Under the pieces are notes generated by a model, which saw nothing but the letters and a program-made list of their open reading frames with translations, was not told the DNA's origin and searched no databases. From positions 1 to 64,000 of the IMG/VR virus record IMGVR_UViG_3300045988_126112: 64,000 nt of DNA; one strand, 5' to 3'. Below, piece after piece: positions 43,093-51,759 of this stretch; within the stretch, counting starts at the first letter, position 1, and each line of letters begins with the position of its first letter. The DNA comes from a virus. Both the position numbers and the translations under genes were made by a program.

Positions 43093-45294
43093 ATGAAAAT
43101 TGATGTTATCGACAAAGTAAAGGAAATGGAGGATCAATTTCCTTCAATGGAGTATTTATTATGTAAAGGATTGATGATGCCATTCAATCCTTCAAATTCA
43201 GGTAGTAGAAAACAAATGATGGCAGCTCAACTTGAGCAAGGATTAGAGTTATATCATTCTGAATTACCAAGAGTACAAACTGGATATGAAAATAGATTTG
43301 GTGACAGATCTTCTTCATTAATAATTGCAGATAAAGAGTATGTGGTAGTTCACAAAATAAGTAAATTTAGTTTTGATCCAGATAGATTCTATTATCTAAT
43401 TATCTATGATACTAAGGGTAATTCATTTGATATGATTACTAAACAAGAGTATCAATATATAACAGAATCTTATGGAATCTTATACAATACAAAATATATG
43501 GATAAACTTAGACCAGGTGTTAAGATTAATAAAGGTGATACAATAAGAAAATCTTTAGCTTATGATGAATTTAATAATAGATGTGATGGTGTAAATCTTA
43601 TGTCTACTTATTTATCATCAGAAGAAACAAAAGAAGATGGTATTTGGATTTCTGAAACAGCTTCTAAGCTATTGGCGTGTCCATTAGTAAAGAAAGTACA
43701 AATTCAAATAAATGATAATGATATACCATTAAATCTGTACTATGATGATGTAGAAAGAGATTATAAATCATTTCCAGATGTAGGTGAAAATACAGATAGA
43801 ACTAATGGTGTATTAATGGGTATAAGACGTATGAAGAAAGAAGAAATACTATTCACTCAAAACAAAAATAATTTATCAAAAATAATGCTTAGTGATGATG
43901 TATTTACAGCTTCAGGAACTGTAGTAGATGTTGATATATATTGTAATAATCCAGAAACATTATCAAAATATGTTCATTTTGGACAATTACAATTTTATCA
44001 TCAAGAACAAATGGCTTTCATGAATGATTTTATATCTAAAGTTGGTCCATTGATAGAGTCTGGATATAATTGCTCTTATGAGATGAAAAAATTATATCAT
44101 AGATTCAAAAAGATATATTATGGTGGGCAATATCTTAAAGATAATGTCTTCTCAAATACAATATTAGAATTGACATTAGTTGAATATAATCCAGTTGAAG
44201 TTGGTGATAAGATAGCTAACAGATATGGAGGTAAAGGTGTTGTATCAAAAATAAGTCCAGATAATATGATGCCTTTATTAGATAATGGTAGAAGGGTAGA
44301 TTTAATCTATAATGGTTCTACTTGTATAAATAGAGAGAATAATGGACAATTAAATGAAATGTTTCTTAATTATGCAAGTAATAGAATTGTGGATCATGTA
44401 AGAAGTTTAGATGGTTCATTTGACTTAAATTATACTATAAATCTATATATAGATTATCTTAATATTCTTAATCCTAATTTAGCTGAAAGAATGGAGCAAT
44501 ATATACTTTCAGCAGAATTGGATGACCAAGTTGCATTTATGCAATATATATTTGATGAAGGATTTATACTTTCATTAGACCCTATGTGTGATATCAATAT
44601 AGATACATTATATAAGATTTGGAAGAAATTCGGATTCATAAAACAATACAATGTTGTTGTACCTCAAATAGGTTCAGATGGTAATTATAGATATGTAAAA
44701 ACTAGAAGAACTCTTGAATGTGGTGAACAATATATTTGGCGTTTAAAACAATATGCTGAAGAAAAGTTTTCTACAGTTTCATTATCAGCAACAAACTTAA
44801 AAAATGAAAATACTAGAAACAGCAGTAAGAAATCATATAAATCTCCACATGCAAAAACTTGTGTAAGATTTGGTGATATGGAAACTGGTAATATGCTTCA
44901 TTTAGGTATAGAACCATTGATTACAAATCTAATGATGCTATCTTTAGCACCTAAAGCTAGAAGAAGATTAGGAACTGAATTAACTGAAGGTCCTTTATTT
45001 GATTTAGATGTTAAACTTCATCCTGAAGATAGTAACAGAAGTGTAGAAATATTGAATGCTTATCTTATAACTATAGGATTGAAACTTACTTTTACTAAAG
45101 TGCCTAAAAAGTTTATATATCCTATAAAATATAATATAAATGGTGTTCCAGTTTTAAATAAAGATGATACTACTTATCATCCTGCAATAACTTATATTGA
45201 TAAGAAAGGAAATCAATTTATAGGAGATTATGAACCTGTAAATCCTATAGATAATTTAAAAGAAGTTATTCATTGGAACAGAAAGGAAAAATAA
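43093..45294 (+). CDS. rpoB: multisubunit RNA polymerase beta subunit, C-terminal half
   Basis: MMPFNPSNSGSRKQMMAAQLEQ matches the [22 protein letters not shown] region, NRYGGKGVVSKI matches RHGNKGVIS, MMPLLDNGRRVDLIYN matches DMPY..DG.PVDIVLNP, and RFGDMETGNM matches RFGEMEVWA. Confidence 0.85.
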   Translation: MKIDVIDKVKEMEDQFPSMEYLLCKGLMMPFNPSNSGSRKQMMAAQLEQGLELYHSELPRVQTGYENRFGDRSSSLIIADKEYVVVHKISKFSFDPDRFYYLIIYDTKGNSFDMITKQEYQYITESYGILYNTKYMDKLRPGVKINKGDTIRKSLAYDEFNNRCDGVNLMSTYLSSEETKEDGIWISETASKLLACPLVKKVQIQINDNDIPLNLYYDDVERDYKSFPDVGENTDRTNGVLMGIRRMKKEEILFTQNKNNLSKIMLSDDVFTASGTVVDVDIYCNNPETLSKYVHFGQLQFYHQEQMAFMNDFISKVGPLIESGYNCSYEMKKLYHRFKKIYYGGQYLKDNVFSNTILELTLVEYNPVEVGDKIANRYGGKGVVSKISPDNMMPLLDNGRRVDLIYNGSTCINRENNGQLNEMFLNYASNRIVDHVRSLDGSFDLNYTINLYIDYLNILNPNLAERMEQYILSAELDDQVAFMQYIFDEGFILSLDPMCDINIDTLYKIWKKFGFIKQYNVVVPQIGSDGNYRYVKTRRTLECGEQYIWRLKQYAEEKFSTVSLSATNLKNENTRNSSKKSYKSPHAKTCVRFGDMETGNMLHLGIEPLITNLMMLSLAPKARRRLGTELTEGPLFDLDVKLHPEDSNRSVEILNAYLITIGLKLTFTKVPKKFIYPIKYNINGVPVLNKDDTTYHPAITYIDKKGNQFIGDYEPVNPIDNLKEVIHWNRKEK

Positions 45295-45296
45295 AT

Positions 45297-47648
45297 ATGT
45301 ATGAATATTTAAAACAAATGTTAGAGTATATAAAGACATATAATGAATTGCCAAAAGATTCAATTCAATTTAATGATATATGTTTAGAGTTGTATAATAA
45401 CAGTAATAACTTAAATGATTACCAAGTCCAGTCTTTGGACTTGGTTTTAAAAATATGTAATACAGTTTATGAGAATTCATCTACTGTATTAATAGATGAT
45501 GATTTTTATGATCATCTAGTTGAAATATATAGAAAGTATAATGGAGATTTCAGAATTGGTGCAGAAACCATAGACATAAATGAAATGAGAAATGTAATTA
45601 CTTTTATAAAGAAACCTGAAGAAAGAGATGTTATAAGTTATAATAAGTATAATGAAGATAATATGATGTTTTATAAAGATTTATCGTATAATAGTCCTTT
45701 GGATAAATATGATTTGAAGAAACAAAATTATACTTATAATGGAGATATATCTAAAAGAAAAGTTTTAGATAGTCAATTATATCCAAGTCTTGTAGGTACA
45801 TTGGACAAATGTAAATTTGTTTTAGATAGTCAAGCAAAAGAAAAAGGAGTTTATAATGAACCAAATGTTAAAATATTTGAAAGAGATTTTCTAATCAAAC
45901 ATATGAAAATGGGAATTATAAATCCACATGACAAATACACATTAATAGCAGAATTGAAATATGATGGTATTTCAATATGTGCTGAAGTACAAAATGGTGT
46001 TATAATATCAGCAAATACAAGAGGAGATGTTAAAGATGATTTATCAGCTGATTTAACTCCTATATTTGCAGGATATAAATTTTATAGAGTTAATGAAGAT
46101 ATATCTAATGGTGAAAAATATGGTGTTAAATTTGAAGCCGTAATGACAAAATATAATCTTATGATGTATAATCAAATGAAAGGAAGAAGTTATGCTAATG
46201 GTAGAACAGCCATAATAGGATTACTATCTTCTTCAGATGCCTATAAATATAGAGATTTGATAACATTGGTTCCATTGGATTGGTCTTATAGTGATCAAAT
46301 GACTGAGTTAGGTGATAATTATGAATTAGCATATATATTAGGAACTAGAAAGATGCAAATTCAATTACTTAACGATAGATTTAGAAATGGTCAAATTAAT
46401 AGATTTACTATAATGGAAGGAGATTATAAGAGTCTATTATTCCAAGTAAAAAGATTTGTTGAAGAAGCAGAAATGATGAGAGATTTTATTCCATATATGT
46501 ATGATGGAGTAGTAATATCTTATGATGATCCTTCAATAAGAAAACAACTAGGTAGAGAGCATAGTGTAAATAAATATAGTATAGCTATAAAATTTAGTGC
46601 TTTAAAGAAAAGTACTATATTTACTGGTTATACTTATACAGTAGGTCAAGATGGTAGTATAACTCCAATGATACATTATAATCCTGTAATGTTCTTTGGA
46701 ACTATACATGACAAAGCAAGTGCTCATTCATATGATAGATTTATGAAACTTGGTTTAAGAAAAGGAGATGTAGTTGATGTTGAGTATACTAATGACGTAA
46801 TGGCTTATGTTACTAAACCAGATAATAGTCATAATGCTAGTAATAATAATCCATTAGAAGTATTTCCAACTCATTGTCCTTCATGTGGTAGTAAACTTGT
46901 TATAAGTAAATCTGGTAAACAAGTTATGTGTGAAAATAAAGATTGTCCAGAAAGAAATATTAGAAGAATTGATAATATGTTTAAGAAGTTAAATATAAAA
47001 GATTTTTCTGAAGCTTATCTTACAAGAATAGGAAGATATCATTTAAAAGATTTAATGAGTTTAACTAAAGATGATGTATCTTTCTTAGGAGAAGTTAATT
47101 CTCAAAAATTTGTAGATAGTATGAGATATTTACAAACTAATCCAATATATGATTATAAAATCATAGGTTCATTAGGATTCAATAATGTAGGTAGTGAGAA
47201 ATGGAAAATCATATTTACAAAATATGACTTACATGAATTTGTTAACTTAATGAATAATAACTGTCTTCCTATGGAAAGTTTAACTAATCTTAAAGGATTG
47301 GGTCCTGAGACAGTTAATACAATCTTTAATGAATATGAATTCTTTAAAGAAGATATTATGTTTATAGAAACTTTTAAAAATGTAAAATCTATTAAACATG
47401 ATATTGAGAATATAAATATAAAGAAGATAAGATTCACAGGTGTTAGAGATAGTGAACTTATTAACTTTGTATCAAACATGGGACATGATATTAATGGAAC
47501 TGGAAGTGTTACAAAAGATACAGATATATTAATAGTCCCATATGAAAATTATTCAAGTTCAAAAGTTTCAAAGGCGATATCAAATGGAAACACTTTAATA
47601 GTCCCAATTGATACGTTTAAGGAAAACTTAAATGAGTATCTAAAGTAA
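45297..47648 (+). CDS. ligA: NAD-dependent DNA ligase (LigA family)
   Basis: Adenylation motif ELKYDGISI (KxDG), Zn finger CPSCGSKLV...CENKDCPE, HhH-like region, and a C-terminal BRCT-like IRFTGVRDSEL. ATG 45297 follows the upstream stop, and the track TTG at 45273 overlaps the upstream gene. Confidence 0.85.
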   Translation: MYEYLKQMLEYIKTYNELPKDSIQFNDICLELYNNSNNLNDYQVQSLDLVLKICNTVYENSSTVLIDDDFYDHLVEIYRKYNGDFRIGAETIDINEMRNVITFIKKPEERDVISYNKYNEDNMMFYKDLSYNSPLDKYDLKKQNYTYNGDISKRKVLDSQLYPSLVGTLDKCKFVLDSQAKEKGVYNEPNVKIFERDFLIKHMKMGIINPHDKYTLIAELKYDGISICAEVQNGVIISANTRGDVKDDLSADLTPIFAGYKFYRVNEDISNGEKYGVKFEAVMTKYNLMMYNQMKGRSYANGRTAIIGLLSSSDAYKYRDLITLVPLDWSYSDQMTELGDNYELAYILGTRKMQIQLLNDRFRNGQINRFTIMEGDYKSLLFQVKRFVEEAEMMRDFIPYMYDGVVISYDDPSIRKQLGREHSVNKYSIAIKFSALKKSTIFTGYTYTVGQDGSITPMIHYNPVMFFGTIHDKASAHSYDRFMKLGLRKGDVVDVEYTNDVMAYVTKPDNSHNASNNNPLEVFPTHCPSCGSKLVISKSGKQVMCENKDCPERNIRRIDNMFKKLNIKDFSEAYLTRIGRYHLKDLMSLTKDDVSFLGEVNSQKFVDSMRYLQTNPIYDYKIIGSLGFNNVGSEKWKIIFTKYDLHEFVNLMNNNCLPMESLTNLKGLGPETVNTIFNEYEFFKEDIMFIETFKNVKSIKHDIENINIKKIRFTGVRDSELINFVSNMGHDINGTGSVTKDTDILIVPYENYSSSKVSKAISNGNTLIVPIDTFKENLNEYLK

Positions 47649-47680
47649 TAAATTATAACCAAGGAAACATAATTATAATT

Positions 47681-47690
47681 ATATATTATA
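47681..47690 (+). promoter_or_regulatory. ATATATTATA promoter-like motif
   Basis: Exact 10-mer 71 nt upstream of ATG 47752. Confidence 0.45.
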
Positions 47691-47751
47691 AGTATGATAA
47701 ACAATAATAATTGTTTATAAATATTATTTAAATTATTAGGAGGATTGTAAT

Positions 47752-48399
47752 ATGAAAGTAAACTTAAAAGAAAGCCAATTATTAGTTCAATTAGTAGAAA
47801 ACGTGAGTAGAGTTCAAGGTCTAAGAATATCTGATGTTAACTGGGAAATGATGATAGAAGATCTTAGTACAGCTATTTACAAATTCTTAGCTATAGCTAA
47901 GGATAAAGACAAAAAAGTAGCATTAGTATTTACTGATGCATCAGAAGCTCATAACTTCTTAATAGCAGCTATCATTGAATATCATAAAAATGATGATTCA
48001 GATGAAGTTGGAGGAAACTGGAGCTTCGTTTATACATTCAACAAAGAAGATGTAACTGACTGTGAAATCATTCATGCGAATGACCCTAAATTCATACAAG
48101 CTTTTAATGATGTAACTAGTGAATCATTAAAAGATAAACATGGTGATATGACAGGTTATACAGTAGACGGAATGATAGTAACTAAAATATTTGAAGCTAT
48201 ATTTAAATATCTAAAAATATGGCTAGACACTAACGCTAGAACAGATGAGGTTGTAGACTTAGTTTTAGAAGACCACTTTGAAGCATCTGTAGCAGTAGAA
48301 GATGGAATCAAAGTAATGTCTATGGTCCCACATGGTAGAGCTAAGTCTCAAATAAAAGATGACGATGCTGTATCACAAGATGTAAGCTTAGATAAATAA
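47752..48399 (+). CDS. hypothetical acidic protein (monocistronic)
   Basis: 215-aa ORF with SD taggagga, its own promoter motif and a terminator. No family recognised. Confidence 0.8.
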   Translation: MKVNLKESQLLVQLVENVSRVQGLRISDVNWEMMIEDLSTAIYKFLAIAKDKDKKVALVFTDASEAHNFLIAAIIEYHKNDDSDEVGGNWSFVYTFNKEDVTDCEIIHANDPKFIQAFNDVTSESLKDKHGDMTGYTVDGMIVTKIFEAIFKYLKIWLDTNARTDEVVDLVLEDHFEASVAVEDGIKVMSMVPHGRAKSQIKDDDAVSQDVSLDK

Positions 48400-48425
48400 T
48401 TTATAAAGTAGTATAAAAATATAAT

Positions 48426-48457
48426 AAACCATGTGTTAACTCACATGGTTTATTTTT
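48426..48457 (+). terminator. rho-independent terminator
   Basis: Stem aaaccatgtg/cacatggttt with loop ttaact, followed by attttt. Confidence 0.8.
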
Positions 48458-48480
48458 AATTTCGAAAGAGAGGTAAAAAC

Positions 48481-49185
48481 ATGAGTATGAAAAAAGCTAT
48501 TCTGAATGATAAAATGTACAATCTAATATCTAAAGAAGAATTCTTTTCTAAGAAAGATTATTATAATTCTATTAGTTCAGTAGCTATAGAAGAAGAAATG
48601 ATAGTTGATGGAGAAAGAGTAACTGTAGGATTACCAATAACACAATCAAAAAATGTTACAGGAGCTTATTCTGAAGAGGATTCACCATTAATCTTCTTTA
48701 CAAATAAAGACGAAAGTTATGATAAATATATATGTCAAGATAGTAATGTAATTGACTTTTCTAATATTGATAATATGAGTCAATATTATGAAAACTGTAT
48801 TAAGTATAATGATGCTGAAAGAGAAATTATAACTAATACAATTAATCAATCAAAACCTGTAATAAAGGAAGATGATTCACCTTTATTAAAGATAACAAAG
48901 CAAACTATCTGCGATAAGAATATAGATATGGATAAATATGCAGATAGATTTGAGCAATACAATAATGATAAAAGATTAGTAAGTTCCTCAAAGAAAGATA
49001 TTACAATGAAGAAAGCATCAATGATGTTAGATAAACTAGATGTTGACACTTATGTAATAACTACAAATAAAGAAGGAGATATTCCTAATCCAATGCCAGG
49101 ACCATTGATAAGAAAAGTATCTGGTGAAGGAGAAGAATTAACAGTTGATGAATTGATAAAATTATTAAAAGGAGAGGAAGAATAA
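48481..49185 (+). CDS. hypothetical protein
   Basis: 234-aa ORF with SD agagagg. Confidence 0.75.
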   Translation: MSMKKAILNDKMYNLISKEEFFSKKDYYNSISSVAIEEEMIVDGERVTVGLPITQSKNVTGAYSEEDSPLIFFTNKDESYDKYICQDSNVIDFSNIDNMSQYYENCIKYNDAEREIITNTINQSKPVIKEDDSPLLKITKQTICDKNIDMDKYADRFEQYNNDKRLVSSSKKDITMKKASMMLDKLDVDTYVITTNKEGDIPNPMPGPLIRKVSGEGEELTVDELIKLLKGEEE

Positions 49186-49186
49186 T

Positions 49187-50920
49187 ATGTTATCACAAGC
49201 AGAATTCTTTAGAGAATTTAATAACGATACAAAAATCGAATTCAATGATGCTCTATTTGATAGAGATCAAGATGAAATAATGATGGAGCTGATGAAAGTA
49301 ATTTTATCAGCTCAAAGAGAACAAATATTTACAATAAAAGTATTATCATTTGTTATAAATGATGACCCAGATAAAATAGATAAGATATTAGCTGATTATG
49401 TAAATTATACAGAAAGAAATATTAAGAAAAAGAAACCAAATGAATATGAGTATGTAAATCTTAGAGATAGTGATGTAAGATTACTTACAGTACATTATCT
49501 TATAAAAGATAAGAATGATTCAGAAATACTTAAAGTTCATATATTATTACCAAGAATAGTTGATAAGTATTATTTTAGAATAGGTGGTAATATGTGGTTA
49601 GCTATGTTACAAATAGTAGATGGAAGCACATACAATAACTCTTTATCTAATAATCCAAGAAAAGCAAGTGTTACTTGTAAGACAGTAATGCCTTCAAGAA
49701 TATTTAAAAACTTTGGAACTTTAGAAGACATGAGTGGTGAAAATATAGAATGTGTATATTTTACTAGTAATATATTTAAGAAGACTTTACCATTGTTCAA
49801 ATATATATTAGCTAAATATGGATACTTTGATGGTAAAAGATTTGTTGAAATATCTGATATAGAATTGACTTCTGCACCTAGTACAAATAAAGAAGACTAT
49901 TGTGTTAAACTTAAAGATGGAATATATATTTCAGTTCCTAGATATTTGTTTGATAATGACCAAGTAGTTCAATCATTCTTTTATACTATGGCAATGAGTA
50001 TAATGAATGATAAAAGAGCAACTATGGAAAAGGTTATTACAAGAGATTATTGGTTAGAAGTTTTAGGAGCTGAATTTAAAACAGCTACAGTTAAAAAAGG
50101 ATTAGAATTACTTAACTCTTTAGAAGGTATATATGATATATCCACTAAGGAAGACTTAAGATTAGATGATTATACTAAAAGAAATATTTATTCTATCTTA
50201 TTGTGGATAGTAAGAGAATTTGCTAGACTAAAAGTAAAAGATAACCTTGATGTAAGACTTAAATATGTAAGATATGGAAAATATATAGCATCATTATATT
50301 CCATGAAACTTATAAAAGGTCTTAAGAGATTAACTGATAGTAAAAATAAAGTAGAGATAAAATCTATAGTAAGAGCTATAAAGACAAAACCTACATTCTT
50401 ATTAGATGAGATATGTAAGTGTAATCTTATAAACTATAGAAACTTGGTAAATGACCAAGATGCTTTATTAGCATTAAAATATTCATTTAAAGGTGTATCT
50501 GGTATAGGTGATAATAATAATAAATCTATACCTGATATATATAGACATGCACATTATAGTCATTTAGGAATATTAGATACAGATAGTAGTCCTAAATCAG
50601 ACCCAGGAATAAGTGGAGTTCTTTGTCCAATGATTAAACTTCATGATAATTATTTTACAGATTATAAGGAACCAGATTATTGGGAAGAAGAATTTAAGAG
50701 AACTTTAGATGAGTATAAACAAATGACTTCTAGGAAAGAAGTAATTAAGTTTAAACAAGAGTTAGGATTGAAAGTTGATAGTGAAGAATTGACAATCATA
50801 GAAAAGAACATCGAAATATCTAAAGGATTGATTGATGTTATCAAATTCAATTATGAAGATGAAAGACTAGCTAAGTTTAAACCAATAATAGATATGGGAG
50901 GAATGATTTATTTTGAGTAA
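49187..50920 (+). CDS. rpoB: multisubunit RNA polymerase beta subunit, N-terminal half
   Basis: DIYRHAHYSHLGILDTDSSPKSDPGISGVL matches the RpoB region EVRDVH.SHYGR.CPIETPEG.N.GLI. It is tightly coupled to the upstream gene. Confidence 0.7.
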   Translation: MLSQAEFFREFNNDTKIEFNDALFDRDQDEIMMELMKVILSAQREQIFTIKVLSFVINDDPDKIDKILADYVNYTERNIKKKKPNEYEYVNLRDSDVRLLTVHYLIKDKNDSEILKVHILLPRIVDKYYFRIGGNMWLAMLQIVDGSTYNNSLSNNPRKASVTCKTVMPSRIFKNFGTLEDMSGENIECVYFTSNIFKKTLPLFKYILAKYGYFDGKRFVEISDIELTSAPSTNKEDYCVKLKDGIYISVPRYLFDNDQVVQSFFYTMAMSIMNDKRATMEKVITRDYWLEVLGAEFKTATVKKGLELLNSLEGIYDISTKEDLRLDDYTKRNIYSILLWIVREFARLKVKDNLDVRLKYVRYGKYIASLYSMKLIKGLKRLTDSKNKVEIKSIVRAIKTKPTFLLDEICKCNLINYRNLVNDQDALLALKYSFKGVSGIGDNNNKSIPDIYRHAHYSHLGILDTDSSPKSDPGISGVLCPMIKLHDNYFTDYKEPDYWEEEFKRTLDEYKQMTSRKEVIKFKQELGLKVDSEELTIIEKNIEISKGLIDVIKFNYEDERLAKFKPIIDMGGMIYFE

Positions 50921-51119
50921 AGTATATTTTATGTTTAGCTCTCAACAAGCTAATTTAAGAAAAGAAGTAGAAGGTTTTAAATACACTCCAGGAACAGTAT
51001 TAGTCAATGGTAGATATAAACAATATACTGAAATTGTCTCTGATCCTGATAATGCAACATATCCAGATGCCATAGTTGTGGCATCTGGAGAAAAATCTAG
51101 AATGATATATAGAAAGTAG
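50913..51119 (+). CDS. hypothetical protein
   Basis: 68-aa ORF with a TTG start 10 nt after gggagga, overlapping the end of the previous gene. The start is uncertain, with an alternative ATG at 50931. Confidence 0.55.
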   Translation: MSKVYFMFSSQQANLRKEVEGFKYTPGTVLVNGRYKQYTEIVSDPDNATYPDAIVVASGEKSRMIYRK

Positions 51120-51128
51120 TTGGCGATT

Positions 51129-51299
51129 ATGAATAGTGTTGATTTATCTATGAATGATTTATATGTAATATCAATATTAGTTGCAGTAATATTAGCCTTA
51201 TCATTTGCATTTTTATATATGGTATATGAATCAATAAAACTATTGTTCTATATTGTTTATTATATCTTAATTGATGAAAACAATAAAAAGGATAAATAG
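51129..51299 (+). CDS. small membrane protein (56 aa, below the track cut-off)
   Basis: I hand-translated MNSVDLSMNDLYVISILVAVILALSFAFLYMVYESIKLLFYIVYYILIDENNKKDK without stops. The SD is weak. Confidence 0.4.
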   Translation: MNSVDLSMNDLYVISILVAVILALSFAFLYMVYESIKLLFYIVYYILIDENNKKDK

Positions 51300-51301
51300 T
51301 T

Positions 51302-51311
51302 ATATATTATA
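51302..51311 (+). promoter_or_regulatory. ATATATTATA promoter-like motif
   Basis: Exact 10-mer 45 nt upstream of ATG 51347, followed by TATGTGTAATAAAATAATA. Confidence 0.5.
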
Positions 51312-51346
51312 TATGTGTAATAAAATAATATATTGGGGGTAATAAT

Positions 51347-51682
51347 ATGAATTTACTTGAAAGAAGAGAACAAAGAAGAAAAATCAGAAGAAAGATAGCT
51401 TGGACAATGGCAACAATAGGAGTAGTATTTTTAACTGGTTCTGCTATATTAAATGCTTACAGTAGAACTCATGTAATGAAATATACAAGTAATGAATTTG
51501 ATGTAGTAGATAAGATAGAACTAGATACAGGATGGTTTGACCATCATGTAATATATGAAATTAGAGTAAAAGATACAGGAGCTCATTACTATCTAACAGA
51601 TAAAGGTGAATTAGTTCCTGTGTATGGCTTTAATGGAGATATTAAAACTAGTGAATCTTTAGACGAAAAGAAAGATAAATAA
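51347..51682 (+). CDS. N-terminally membrane-anchored protein
   Basis: A basic stretch RREQRRKIRRK is followed by the transmembrane helix IAWTMATIGVVFLTGSAILNAY. SD tggggg. Confidence 0.75.
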   Translation: MNLLERREQRRKIRRKIAWTMATIGVVFLTGSAILNAYSRTHVMKYTSNEFDVVDKIELDTGWFDHHVIYEIRVKDTGAHYYLTDKGELVPVYGFNGDIKTSESLDEKKDK

Positions 51683-51687
51683 AATAG

Positions 51688-51722
51688 AAAGCTGGTGGAG
51701 AAATTCACCAGCTTTTTTATTT
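51688..51722 (+). terminator. rho-independent terminator
   Basis: Stem aaagctggtg/caccagcttt, followed by tttttatttg. Confidence 0.8.
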
Positions 51723-51759
51723 GTAAAAATACGACAACTTTAAATAAAGAGGTGATAAT

